Positions 1 to 10,449 of a stretch of 55,660 nt of DNA are shown here, piece by piece. The stretch's first letter is position 1, and each line of letters begins with the position of its first letter. Both the position numbers and the translations under genes were made by a program. Where the stretch lies: the NCBI GenBank assembly GCA_018650165.1, contig JABIGM010000017.1, positions 1-55,660 of the forward strand. The letters are read 5' to 3'. Source of the stretch: Methanobacteriota archaeon (GTDB lineage: Archaea; Thermoplasmatota; Poseidoniia; Poseidoniales; Poseidoniaceae). The notes beneath the pieces were generated by a model that was not told where the DNA came from, made no database searches, and worked only from the letters and a program-made list of their open reading frames with translations.

Positions 1-19
1 AAAAAGAAGAGTGAGCAAC

Positions 20-742
20 TCACTCTGATTGACGCAGCCTTTCGATTGCAAGAGCACTGACTGCAACCTGTAGGTTGTAGGAAGGAACGAACCCTGGCAT
101 AGGTAATCTGACGATATCGTCTGCCGCATCTAGGACTTCTTTTGAGACACCTGCGTTTTCGGCTCCAACCACGAGCAAAACATCGCCAGTAAGGTCAGCA
201 TTCCATGGTGCTTTGTCTCCAACATCTTCCGCTACAACGATTCTTCTATTGCATGCGGCGAGCACTTCTTCAGTGGTTGCATAAATGACAGGAATGAATC
301 GTGTTGCCCTCATTCCTGCTCTGCGAATAGTTCTTCTTTCGTCATGAGTTTTCTTGACATTAATGATAACAGCAGTAGCTCCACTGACCTCTGCAGTACG
401 AACTCCAAAACCAAGGTTGGGGGCATATTCTACCCCGTCAAATAACCAGATTACACCTTCCCTTCCGAACACTTCTTCGAGGGTTCCTTTTGGCTCACGG
501 CCAACCAGTGCAAGGGCTTTCTGTTGCCCGTTTGCACTCATTCTCCAAAGGTCGGTAGAAGACCCTTCAGTCACCGGAATATTTTTGCTTTCACACATCC
601 GAATAATCTCTGTGCAATCCTCTTCTCTATCGACTAAAACCAACTTGATTTCAACACCATTATTGAGTGCTTTTAGAACCTCATCGGCTCCGGTGATTTG
701 AAGGGACACATGCCTCCGATACTCAACTTGCACATGAGTCAA
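20..742 (-). CDS. trmH: TrmH/SpoU-family RNA 2'-O-methyltransferase
   Basis: N-terminal L7Ae-like substrate-binding region, then SPOUT motifs (VVGAENAGVS, SYNLQVA); TTG start. Confidence 0.85.
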   Translation of the reverse strand: MTHVQVEYRRHVSLQITGADEVLKALNNGVEIKLVLVDREEDCTEIIRMCESKNIPVTEGSSTDLWRMSANGQQKALALVGREPKGTLEEVFGREGVIWLFDGVEYAPNLGFGVRTAEVSGATAVIINVKKTHDERRTIRRAGMRATRFIPVIYATTEEVLAACNRRIVVAEDVGDKAPWNADLTGDVLLVVGAENAGVSKEVLDAADDIVRLPMPGFVPSYNLQVAVSALAIERLRQSE

Positions 743-830
743 TCCCCCGTAGGGGGTAGCAAATACGCGTCGCGGTCTTCAAATAGGGGAGGCAAGTCGG
801 CAAAATGCTCGTAACGAGTAGGTGATGTCA

Positions 831-1421
831 ATGGTTAAGGGTCTATACCAGCATGTTCGTGAAACATGGAACAATCCAAAAGCAACACAGTCGCATCAGC
901 AGCGCCAAGACCGTATGGTCCAATGGCGCCGCGAACCAGTGAACTGTAAGATCGATAAACCAACTCGCATCGATGCCGCACGTCGCCTTGGCTACAAGGC
1001 TAAGCAAGGCGTCGTTATGGTCCGTACTCGTGTTCGCCGTGGTGGACTTCGTAAGGGTAAGATTCATGCAAAGCGCAAGCCATCCAAAGCAGGTATCAAC
1101 AAGATTACCATGGCAAAGAACACTCAGCGTATGGCTGAAGAGCGTGTTAACCGTCACTTCCCTAACCTAGAGGTACTCAACTCTTACTGGGTTGGCCAAG
1201 ATGGTAAGCATAAGTTCTACGAAGTCATCATGCTAGATCCTTCCCACCCAGCAATCAAGTCCGATAAGAATCTAGGCTGGATTGCAGATAATCATCACCG
1301 TGGACGAGCATACCGTGGTAAGACCAGCGCTGGAAAGCGTGGACGTGGTCTGCACAACAAGGGTAAGGGCGCAGAAAAACTACGTCCTTCTTTGAAGGCT
1401 CGTGGAAACATCGGCAAGTGA
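831..1421 (+). CDS. rpl15e: 50S ribosomal protein L15e
   Basis: Motifs ARRLGYKAKQG, EVLNSYWVGQDG, GKTSAGKRGRGL; SD AGGTGA at 820-825 favours ATG 831. Confidence 0.98.
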   Translation: MVKGLYQHVRETWNNPKATQSHQQRQDRMVQWRREPVNCKIDKPTRIDAARRLGYKAKQGVVMVRTRVRRGGLRKGKIHAKRKPSKAGINKITMAKNTQRMAEERVNRHFPNLEVLNSYWVGQDGKHKFYEVIMLDPSHPAIKSDKNLGWIADNHHRGRAYRGKTSAGKRGRGLHNKGKGAEKLRPSLKARGNIGK

Positions 1422-1434
1422 TTATTTCCGTTTT

Positions 1435-1452
1435 AGATTCCTTCGTGAATCT
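1435..1452 (+). terminator. possible terminator hairpin after rpl15e
   Basis: AGATTC-CTTCGT-GAATCT 6-bp stem next to a T-rich tract, 14 nt after the stop. Confidence 0.3.
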
Positions 1453-1515
1453 TCAAACTTATCCGTTGGGTTCATTGAGGGGCGCTTGTCTCGTCATGTC
1501 AAAGGGGGCGGTTTC

Positions 1516-1773
1516 ATGTCAGATGATTTGGGAATTTCACAATTGAATGGCAAAGACATTTATCTCCCAGATGGAAGATTACTCGGAATCGTTGGCGAGA
1601 CCGTAGTAGATGGTACACAATTGTGTGCAACCCACTTATTCGTGGCAGGTTGCCCAGAAGAGTTAGTTGAACGAGGTGTTCATCTAACCATCCCCTGGCG
1701 CTGGATTAGGTCAATTGGTGACGTTGTAATTCTGCGCTGGTTCCCCAAGACTCCGATTCCATACGAGCAGTGA
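1516..1773 (+). CDS. PRC-barrel domain protein
   Basis: ISQLNGKDIYLPDGRLLGIV...IPWRWIRSIGDVVIL fits the PRC-barrel pattern; SD GGGGG before ATG 1516. Confidence 0.8.
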   Translation: MSDDLGISQLNGKDIYLPDGRLLGIVGETVVDGTQLCATHLFVAGCPEELVERGVHLTIPWRWIRSIGDVVILRWFPKTPIPYEQ

Positions 1774-1782
1774 GGTGATTTC

Positions 1783-2856
1783 TTGACAATTGAAGTCCAT
1801 GTTTTAGGAACCTCTTCAGCACGTCCGGCTCAAGGCCGTTCAGTTTCAGGCTCAATTGTTGAAACTCAAAACGGGATGTTTGTAGTGGATTGCGGGGAAG
1901 GATTCCAGAATCGTCTAGTGGACCATCGCTCAGCTATGAAAGCCTATGGTGGACGCCGGCTGAAGATGTCAAAGGTTGCAGCTATACTGCTAACTCATGG
2001 CCATCTCGACCATACTTGGGGAGTTTTACCATGGTTGCAGACACTGGCTCTGGATGGACGTAAAGACCCGCTTTGGGTAATTGGTCCAACCACGTCTGAA
2101 GTTGTAGAAACTTTACTTGGCGGTGAAAATGAGCCCGAAGTGAGTCCTTCCGATTTAGTAATACAATATGATATGTGGATCGATTTAGGAGCCAATAGCG
2201 AAACTCTTGGCTATGAATTAGTTTGGGTTTTGGGAGATGGGACACGTTGGGTAAACATGAACGATGGCTCCGAAATAGAACTTCCTCAACCGATGGCTAA
2301 TACTACTATTTCTGCCCATGCTACACAGCATACGGTACCATCTGTCGCATGGAAAATTTCTACTTCAGACCGTAAAGGTAAATTCAACCGTAATGCGACT
2401 AAAGATATGCCAATAGATGTCATCTCTTCTCTTGCAGCAGGTGAGGATTGTGAATACGAAGGGCAATTATTGAAAGCAGCCGATTTCCGCTCTAGCATAA
2501 GACCAGGAGGTTCAGTAATTATTTCAGGAGATACTGCTGAACAAGCAATTGATGCAGAATGCGATCTTCTAATTCACGAAGCAACGTTTTTGGAAGAGCA
2601 TTCAGATATTGCAAACGAGCATTTGCATTCATCAGCGGGGGGGGCTGCTCGAACAGCAAACGAATGTAAAGCGCAACACCTTGCTTTAACACACTATTCG
2701 GCACGCCTTGAAGACCATACAGCTTCACTTGACGAAGCGAGAGAAATACATCCGTCTGTCGTAGCGCTTTCAGATGGAGACAGACTCCAATTATTGGACG
2801 ATAATTCTTTGAATCATTTTGTAAAATCATCTGCAGGTTGGACGCAACAGGACTGA
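1783..2856 (+). CDS. rnz: ribonuclease Z (MBL fold)
   Basis: LGTSSARP, DCGEG, THGHLDH, ISGDT, LIHEATF, LTHYSAR motifs; SD GAGGTGA before TTG. Confidence 0.92.
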   Translation: MTIEVHVLGTSSARPAQGRSVSGSIVETQNGMFVVDCGEGFQNRLVDHRSAMKAYGGRRLKMSKVAAILLTHGHLDHTWGVLPWLQTLALDGRKDPLWVIGPTTSEVVETLLGGENEPEVSPSDLVIQYDMWIDLGANSETLGYELVWVLGDGTRWVNMNDGSEIELPQPMANTTISAHATQHTVPSVAWKISTSDRKGKFNRNATKDMPIDVISSLAAGEDCEYEGQLLKAADFRSSIRPGGSVIISGDTAEQAIDAECDLLIHEATFLEEHSDIANEHLHSSAGGAARTANECKAQHLALTHYSARLEDHTASLDEAREIHPSVVALSDGDRLQLLDDNSLNHFVKSSAGWTQQD

Positions 2857-2892
2857 GGCAATTTGAAAGGCGAGATACTTGTTTGGAGTATC

Positions 2893-5184
2893 ATGAGCAG
2901 TCCCCGTTTGCTGGTATTGTTGCTGGTCGGCCTGATGATTACCCCGGCTGTAATGGCAACTAATGGGCGAGCAGCACCGCAGTGTGCAGAATTTGATTTG
3001 TCTGATGTAGTCTCTTCAGGAGCGGGAGTGGCAGTAGATCCCGGGGCTTGTATTATTGTAGATCTCGGTGTTCGTAGTTATAGCACAACTTTAGCGATAG
3101 ACTACGAGATTATGGATGATGCGATGGATGTATTATTGTTTGATGAAAATGGTATTCAGACTTACAAGAATGGTCAAAACTATCGCAGTTCATTCATTGC
3201 CGAAGCGTCGTTTGAATCAATGATTGGAAGTGAGTGGCTAGATTGGACTCCTCCAGTTTCAATCAATGCCAAAAACTGGTATGTTGTGTTTGATAATGCC
3301 GCTCATGATGGTGACGAAGGAATGGGTGACCAAGGCGGTATGACTGCAAAATTCAAGATACAATTTGCACCTGCTTCAACAGAAGATTATTCTCTTTTAC
3401 ATGATACATTTATTGTGCAACCTGGAGAGAAAGTAAACCTAGCAACTTTCAGCGTGGACAGTGGTTCAGGGTTTTCATATTCTGCCCATCCAATTTCTGG
3501 AACTGGTGATATATTCATCCAATCGGACAACCAACTTGGTGGAAATTTGATTATTGCAGATACAAGTAGGGATGATTTTGGTGGTTCTGATTCACAATTA
3601 GATTGGATTATTCCAGAATTTTTAGATTTACAAAATCTAAATTTGATGGTTGAAGCAGGTCCAAATCCACTTCACTTTTCATTGGAAAGTTGGTTTGAAC
3701 CAGTATTATCGCCCGTGATTGTAGACTATTCTAATGGCACGACTTCGATAGGGCAAAAAGTCACTCTCGATGCTAGAGATACTCCAAATAGCTTACAGCA
3801 GATTAGAACTCTCTCATGGGATTTTGATGCAGACTCTTCCTACGATGCAATCGGCGATTTAGTCGAGGCATCTTGGGATACACCAGGGTTGAAAACAATC
3901 AATCTAACCGCTGAATCTGAGACTGGAGAAACTACGATGGTAAGCCATCAAATCGAAGTCATAGATATTTCAGACCCTGTTGCTGTAATCAGCGGTTCTG
4001 GAACGAGGGGATTGAATGGAGAATGGCGTTTATTACGTCTTTCGGATTTAGTTTTACAAGCATCAAACTCCTATGATGACCATGCGGTTTCTTCCGCATC
4101 TTGGAGTATTGATGGTGCTCCTATGTCATCAGCATCACAGTTTACTGTAAGTTGGTCACAAATTGGCACTTACGTTGCCACATTAACAGTAACCGATCCA
4201 TCTGGAAATACCGGTTCAATAAACTCTACAATCGTTGTCTATGATTCAACAGTACCTATCTTAGAAACTAGCGATATCGTGGAAATAAAAGAAGTATATC
4301 GAGGCGAAGAAATTGAATTTAAAGCAAAAGCTGTAGATCTGTGGGATGAGCAAAGCGCTCTCCGCTTCACGTGGGATTTAGATTTAGAAGTGGATTCAAA
4401 CAATGATGGCGACCTTCGTAATGACCCCGATGTGACAGGGCCAATTCTCATAACATCATTTGATTCGAATGGCGAACATGCATTTGCGCTCACTGTCTAT
4501 GATGGTTCAAATAATTCTGATTTTGAAGTGTTTAAACTTCAAGCAGTGGACCCTCCTAGTGAAACAAACTTATTCGGAATAGTTGCAATTATATTTTTAG
4601 TAATACTCGTAGTATTGGGTGTTGTTCTATTTGGATTCAAAGGAATACAGAGGAGACACGCAATCGAGATGTTGATGGAGAATGGTTTGTCGGCTGAAGA
4701 AGCAACACTAAGGGTACAAGAGATTGCAAGAACTACTAAATTACCACCATTTGCTAAAGCAGTACAAATGGCAGGAATGGCAGAAGGTACTGTTGTGAAA
4801 TCTTCAGTACAATTACAATCTGATGCTAAGCGAGCAGAAATGGATGCAATCTATGGTAATGACAATGGCTCACAAGTAGACCAGCATGCCGGTTTCAGGC
4901 CGAGTAGCCCAGTTAGACAAATAGATCCTGCATTCGCCGAAGCCGCTTTGGCAGCGTTCTCCGATGAGCCTCAGGCCAAACCAGTAGTAACTTCAACTCC
5001 GGTTTCAGGTAAAGTCAAGAGTGGAGGGGTAACTTTGCCAGGTGTTATCCCGCCTACAAACCATACACTGAAGAGTGATTGTACATCTTGCGGTAAAGCG
5101 TTTACAGTTACAATGCCGCAAGGAGTCAATAGTGCGGTTGTTGCTTGTCCCTCATGTGGAAGCGACCAATTGTTCGAACGGTGA
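2893..5184 (+). CDS. membrane-anchored PKD-domain surface protein with cytoplasmic C4 zinc ribbon
   Basis: Signal peptide; PKD-like repeats (LSWDFDAD, WDTPGLKTINLT, WSQIGTYVATLTVTD); TM helix near residue 575; terminal CTSC-x18-CPSC. Confidence 0.8.
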   Translation: MSSPRLLVLLLVGLMITPAVMATNGRAAPQCAEFDLSDVVSSGAGVAVDPGACIIVDLGVRSYSTTLAIDYEIMDDAMDVLLFDENGIQTYKNGQNYRSSFIAEASFESMIGSEWLDWTPPVSINAKNWYVVFDNAAHDGDEGMGDQGGMTAKFKIQFAPASTEDYSLLHDTFIVQPGEKVNLATFSVDSGSGFSYSAHPISGTGDIFIQSDNQLGGNLIIADTSRDDFGGSDSQLDWIIPEFLDLQNLNLMVEAGPNPLHFSLESWFEPVLSPVIVDYSNGTTSIGQKVTLDARDTPNSLQQIRTLSWDFDADSSYDAIGDLVEASWDTPGLKTINLTAESETGETTMVSHQIEVIDISDPVAVISGSGTRGLNGEWRLLRLSDLVLQASNSYDDHAVSSASWSIDGAPMSSASQFTVSWSQIGTYVATLTVTDPSGNTGSINSTIVVYDSTVPILETSDIVEIKEVYRGEEIEFKAKAVDLWDEQSALRFTWDLDLEVDSNNDGDLRNDPDVTGPILITSFDSNGEHAFALTVYDGSNNSDFEVFKLQAVDPPSETNLFGIVAIIFLVILVVLGVVLFGFKGIQRRHAIEMLMENGLSAEEATLRVQEIARTTKLPPFAKAVQMAGMAEGTVVKSSVQLQSDAKRAEMDAIYGNDNGSQVDQHAGFRPSSPVRQIDPAFAEAALAAFSDEPQAKPVVTSTPVSGKVKSGGVTLPGVIPPTNHTLKSDCTSCGKAFTVTMPQGVNSAVVACPSCGSDQLFER

Positions 5185-5248
5185 AAATACGCACATCTCG
5201 CGCACGCGTTGGGGATGGTTTCATTTGTGTTTGACTCTCCACTAGAAA

Positions 5249-8200
5249 TTGATGTCAGCAGATAGTGTTCGCTTACTCCATCGTGGAGTTCCGCAACCAC
5301 TCGACTCTAGAAGAGTCGCAATCATGCTTGTCATAGTCATGTTTTTACCTATTTTCAACCCTGTTACTGCTGTAGAATCAGTGGGCCGAGATGATTTCGG
5401 CGTTCTTGAAGCGATGGCTAATGCGCTTGCCGAACAAAGAGACTCAGGGGAAGACGATATTGCACGTGATAGTGCAGAAGGAGTTTTGAGCGCTCTTGAA
5501 GCAAGAGGAAGGGAAATTGGTGATGGTGATGCCTTACTAGCAACCGATGGGATAATTGGCGATATTACAATGCGTCAAACTACACCTCTTGAACCACAAC
5601 ACCCGCGGCCCTATGTTTTCTTGACAGAACCAGACTCGCATCCTGATGGCTGGCCAAATAATTTGTTGGATACATTGTTTGAACTACCTCCGGACTTCAG
5701 TGATCCACTTGCATTCGGCGCTAACACATACTCGCTGTATGTCAATTATTCAGCCCGCAATAATGGGCCGCAATACGAAGCTTGGGATTATGGAACCTTT
5801 ACAGGTGATATAATCTCATTTGAGGGGACTGGATTATTTGAGAATGCAATTGACATCGATGGTGACAGTAATCCTGACATTGCAGTAGGTCTTTCCATTG
5901 TTGGTTTAGGGCAACAAGGAGAGGGTTGGGATGTAAACATGGGCGATGGTTTATTCCCTACAATTGAATCAATATGGGTCAGGCCTAATTTCCAATGGAA
6001 GGTTAGAGTACTCGACTATAACGACCCACTATGGGATGATATGGCAAGTATGGAAGTCTCTTTGATGAAAGGTGTTGCATACGACTTGACACTAACGACC
6101 GAAGGGGAATCATATGCACTAGTAATCGATTCAAGATTTACGCAACCCCCTCATGACTTCCAAGTGAGAGTAGGTCTCGACCAGATGACACTCAACGTTT
6201 CAGGTACAGTCACAACTCTATTAGATATTCTAAATATTTTTACTACAGGAGATGATTCTGCATTAGAGGTCACATCGGTTACAGCCCCTTATTCAATTAT
6301 GATTTCTAATCCAAATCGAAATTCAGCCAATGAACAAACCGATTGTGATGATTCTAGTTGGTATGACCCAGTACAAGATCACGGTGAAGAAAGCAGATTC
6401 CACAAATGTGGCTATTCAATTGGCATCGGTTTCGTCCATTTTGACCAACCAGATTTGGATGGAAACCGAGCGTTAGATGAAATTGGTTACATCGATGTAG
6501 GCCTCCACCCGATAGAAGGTAGTACTTTGATTCCTGAAGAAGTAGATTTAGTAATACGCAATGATAATGCTGGAGAAAACTCGTTTGATAATATCGAAAT
6601 TTATAGTGATACAGATTCCGATTTATGGTTCCATTATTTCGAAGATAGGTCTGCTCACATAGAAGAAGGTGGACAATTTGGGAATATTACCGATTCAAGA
6701 GGTTGGGTTCGTGATCTACCAAAAGGAACACTACCACAAGAAGAAATTGATGCGATTTTCACTCTCATCGGAGAAGCGCCAGGTTCTGCTAATCTACCGG
6801 GTGAAATGCCAAACCGCCTTTCATTGATTATTTCGATTAAGAACTATACTGCAGACAATTCGGCAAATATTGCCGATGGTTCACTCGTATTCAATCCAAG
6901 CGATAATCGCTGGAACAGTCTAATCTTAATTGCAGGTACTGAGAGGATTTCAAAAATTGAATATATATCTACATTCCAACGTTATGGTTATGAAATTGAC
7001 ACCTCGTCTATGGAAGTAGAAATCGTAGATTTACCTGAAGTAGTAGCTGTTTTCGGAACGTTTGAGATTCCATCTTCTAATCGGGTACGAGTAGAATTTG
7101 GGACCGCTCCAGACCTACTTAGTGAAGTTTTAGACAATATTATTCTCAATCTCGTCGAGATAGTTCTCGACCTGGGCACAATTTTGAATGGCCTACCTGG
7201 AGCAATTGTTGGAACTGCTGGCGAATCAAGCGGAGAAATCATACTTCAATTCTACAACCAAGTACGTGAGACGTGGGGTGATGGAACCACTCGTCAGGAA
7301 ATGACCGCTGGTAGCGTAAAGTTGGCTATAGGCAGTAGCCCCCACCCGGTACTGGATAGAAATCATATTATTCTCGGTGAAGATATAAACCAAACCGATG
7401 AACACGGTCATGTTGATGGAAAATATGGTTGGATAAACGACCCGTTGGTTCCGGTTGGTATGAGTTTGTCAATCACCAATATTTCTGGAGTTACATATGC
7501 GTATGACCAAGTTACAGATTTGCGTACAATCTCTCTATCTGGGCAATCGGGTGAAGAATTAATCATTGGTCATTTGAACCACTTTGCAAACACTACCGAT
7601 GGTGATGTAAGGCAATTTGCATCCATTTCCAATCGTCCAGAAAATTTGTCGATAAGTCAACAAGGAGCTGATATATTTTACTCAGCAACTGGTGAAATTG
7701 GAACAATCACTTACAGTGGTGAAGGCAATGGCCAATACAATGCACTACGCCTCAATGATTTACCAGCAGAGTTCCAACTAGAATTAGGTGATACAATTGG
7801 GTTTAGCGCTTCTGATGGCGTTGGTTCTGTCGAGGTACAGATCTCTAATGCTACGACGCCACTGACAATGGATGACGACCATGCAAGATTTTGGATAGAT
7901 CAAAACTCCGGAGAGGCAAGTATGTCTCTAAAACTATCAAATTTGACTTCGATTTACCTCTATCCACCTGATGAAGTTGGAGCTACTGGCGCAAGAGGAA
8001 ATAGCAAATTGGTAATGAATCGAACTGGCTCCTCTCCATTTAGCGTTCTTCTTGAAGATGTCAGCGATAGAGAAGATAAGTTCCTTGGATTATCCGGTAG
8101 AATCTATCTAGACCCTCTCCCAGCAAACGCAACACTTTCGTTGCCATCATCGGAAAAATCTGAAATTATTACAATACCAGAGTTTGGTGAAGCAGATGGA

Positions 8201-9901
8201 ATTCTTTCATTATCATTTTTCCTTTCAGGAATGATTAATTTCGGTTCTTCGGTAAATGATTTTGCAATTGAAAGCATGGTAAATTTGGGGGATGCCTCTA
8301 ATGTACGCAGCAATATGAGTCTAGGGATGGATTTGTACACTGGCGAAGAATTTGATATCACCCTAGATGTGAAGAAAGGAGTAAATGTACCCAATGAGCC
8401 AAAATGGGCACACGGATTGACAGGGGAAGTTCTTGAAGCGACAGATTTAGTTTTCGATTATTCTCGCATGACTAATTTTACTGAAAGTTCTCGCAATGTT
8501 GTTTCAAACGCTCTTAGCGATTTAGAGATAAATGAATCTGAGCGTGCAGACGTGATTACTGCATTGCAGTGGGGCGGGCTTAACAACAGCGCTGCGATAG
8601 TAGATGCGATGGCTGACGGCTATGTCTCATCCCGTGAGATGACACTCCTAGATTTGGATAAAATGTCATCAGATGGGCTAGAACTCGAACAGAGGCGCTC
8701 ATGGCATAGCAGAATATGGATGCCTCAATTACCAGCCGGTAGGATTCTACTTTCATATGATGTGAGCATTGATGGGGACATACCTACCTTTGAGATCACA
8801 TCATCTCTCGAGAATTGGACACCAGCAAGGCCAATACTAACTATCGAGATTAATGGTTTGTCACGTACCGACTCAATGCTTGTTCTTGCTGGGCTCGATA
8901 CAGATTTGAGCCGAGATATTTCTGTAAATATGGAAATTACTACTGAGTCAGAACTTATTATTCCTCGAACAACAATCGATCTGACCTATGAGATGGGCGA
9001 GAGAATGGATAATGCTAGAGTTATACAAAACAATAGACTACGTGGTATAAAAACCGAATTAATTCTATTCGATGCACCTCCAAGTGCCAATTTATATTCC
9101 AAGATTGGAGATATATTGCAAGCCGATTTGAATGTAACTCCTATGGACCGGGTTGGAGTAAATGCGGCGGAATCTTTGATGCTACAACAACTTCGCAAAG
9201 TCGATGGCCTTTGGTGGCCATCTACGATGTTCATACGCGATGTTCCTGGAGAAATGCATCTACTTGCTGAACCAGCAGAAGAGTTTGATATCCACGAAGT
9301 AAATTCATTCCAAGGAATGTTTGAAATGACATATTCATCAAATAGCGATGAGATGGACCTCTTTATCGAAACCAAAGGAAAAGCACAGAATACGCGTAGT
9401 AGCAATTTGATGCTGGCAGAAAATTTACCTGATAGATTTACAATGATGGTCACTGAAGATTTCGGTGCTAGCATTTCCGCTTCTGGTAATGGTGTTGAGA
9501 AACTTTACATCCGCCGAAGCGACACTTTGGTAAGAGAAAATGTGGAATTGGTTACAGCAGAAATGGTAGGTGAAAATCTACAGGGCGCTGAAGTCCATAT
9601 CCATAGCCTTCTGGGATATCCAGTTATTGTGGTTGATGGCATCACAGGTGGCCGTATAGTCGCAACCGCACAAACGAAGATTACCGTGGCAGGCACAGAG
9701 GTCGATGCGCGCGGCGTGTTACTCGATGCTCAATTTACCGGCGGAATTCCAACCGCCTCAAGCCTTGGAGTAAATGGTGTAGTCACTGATTTATCATTGA
9801 TCAGTAGTCTTACTGGTGGCAAGATTGAGACAACACACATCATGATTGTAGATCCATTCTCTTCGTTAATTGCAACCGGAATAGCGGCGGTGACGGGCTA
9901 A
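5249..9901 (+). CDS. giant (1550 aa) exported beta-rich hypothetical protein
   Basis: Long ORF with N-terminal hydrophobic segment; acidic, beta-rich composition; DIDGDSNPD Ca-binding-like motif; hydrophobic C-terminus. Confidence 0.8.
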   Translation: MMSADSVRLLHRGVPQPLDSRRVAIMLVIVMFLPIFNPVTAVESVGRDDFGVLEAMANALAEQRDSGEDDIARDSAEGVLSALEARGREIGDGDALLATDGIIGDITMRQTTPLEPQHPRPYVFLTEPDSHPDGWPNNLLDTLFELPPDFSDPLAFGANTYSLYVNYSARNNGPQYEAWDYGTFTGDIISFEGTGLFENAIDIDGDSNPDIAVGLSIVGLGQQGEGWDVNMGDGLFPTIESIWVRPNFQWKVRVLDYNDPLWDDMASMEVSLMKGVAYDLTLTTEGESYALVIDSRFTQPPHDFQVRVGLDQMTLNVSGTVTTLLDILNIFTTGDDSALEVTSVTAPYSIMISNPNRNSANEQTDCDDSSWYDPVQDHGEESRFHKCGYSIGIGFVHFDQPDLDGNRALDEIGYIDVGLHPIEGSTLIPEEVDLVIRNDNAGENSFDNIEIYSDTDSDLWFHYFEDRSAHIEEGGQFGNITDSRGWVRDLPKGTLPQEEIDAIFTLIGEAPGSANLPGEMPNRLSLIISIKNYTADNSANIADGSLVFNPSDNRWNSLILIAGTERISKIEYISTFQRYGYEIDTSSMEVEIVDLPEVVAVFGTFEIPSSNRVRVEFGTAPDLLSEVLDNIILNLVEIVLDLGTILNGLPGAIVGTAGESSGEIILQFYNQVRETWGDGTTRQEMTAGSVKLAIGSSPHPVLDRNHIILGEDINQTDEHGHVDGKYGWINDPLVPVGMSLSITNISGVTYAYDQVTDLRTISLSGQSGEELIIGHLNHFANTTDGDVRQFASISNRPENLSISQQGADIFYSATGEIGTITYSGEGNGQYNALRLNDLPAEFQLELGDTIGFSASDGVGSVEVQISNATTPLTMDDDHARFWIDQNSGEASMSLKLSNLTSIYLYPPDEVGATGARGNSKLVMNRTGSSPFSVLLEDVSDREDKFLGLSGRIYLDPLPANATLSLPSSEKSEIITIPEFGEADGILSLSFFLSGMINFGSSVNDFAIESMVNLGDASNVRSNMSLGMDLYTGEEFDITLDVKKGVNVPNEPKWAHGLTGEVLEATDLVFDYSRMTNFTESSRNVVSNALSDLEINESERADVITALQWGGLNNSAAIVDAMADGYVSSREMTLLDLDKMSSDGLELEQRRSWHSRIWMPQLPAGRILLSYDVSIDGDIPTFEITSSLENWTPARPILTIEINGLSRTDSMLVLAGLDTDLSRDISVNMEITTESELIIPRTTIDLTYEMGERMDNARVIQNNRLRGIKTELILFDAPPSANLYSKIGDILQADLNVTPMDRVGVNAAESLMLQQLRKVDGLWWPSTMFIRDVPGEMHLLAEPAEEFDIHEVNSFQGMFEMTYSSNSDEMDLFIETKGKAQNTRSSNLMLAENLPDRFTMMVTEDFGASISASGNGVEKLYIRRSDTLVRENVELVTAEMVGENLQGAEVHIHSLLGYPVIVVDGITGGRIVATAQTKITVAGTEVDARGVLLDAQFTGGIPTASSLGVNGVVTDLSLISSLTGGKIETTHIMIVDPFSSLIATGIAAVTG

Positions 9902-10449
9902 TGAATGAATATGATGGGGATATGGAGGAAGAACTCCATGAAGTATCTCAAGAAATCGGTCATAGGGTAAAGGAATTTACCGAGAAAGTACACCCTCTTA
10001 GAATCGCTCTTGCTGGAATTATATTGCTAATGTTACTTGGCGCTATAGCCTCTGCATGGTACTGGGCAATTCCTCGCGATGATGTGGAAATAGAAACAAT
10101 GTACCTCCAACGCAGTGGCCACATAGTTCTAACAGAAATTGTTAATGATGGAAGCCGGGCAATCACTGATGTTACCTTTACTGTTGAATTTGTGGATAGT
10201 AGTGATACTGTAATCGGAGAGTTACAAGTCTCATTTGATTCAATACCTGGGCACACCAGTATTTCAGGAGACAAGATGGAACTAATTGTTAGAGGGTACA
10301 CTGTCTGGGATGAATATACTATTGAAATCGAAATGGAATGGACTAATTTTAGAGGAGATGCCAATCGTGAAACCTTTTCCCACTCCGTTTCAGAAGCTCA
10401 AAGCGCTACTTTCACCGATGATTGCGATGGAGTGACGTGGTTCTTGTGA
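9901..10449 (+). CDS. single-TM membrane protein with Ig-like ectodomain
   Basis: TAATG stop/start overlap with upstream gene; one TM (IALAGIILLMLLGAIASAWYW) followed by a beta-rich domain. Confidence 0.75.
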   Translation: MNEYDGDMEEELHEVSQEIGHRVKEFTEKVHPLRIALAGIILLMLLGAIASAWYWAIPRDDVEIETMYLQRSGHIVLTEIVNDGSRAITDVTFTVEFVDSSDTVIGELQVSFDSIPGHTSISGDKMELIVRGYTVWDEYTIEIEMEWTNFRGDANRETFSHSVSEAQSATFTDDCDGVTWFL

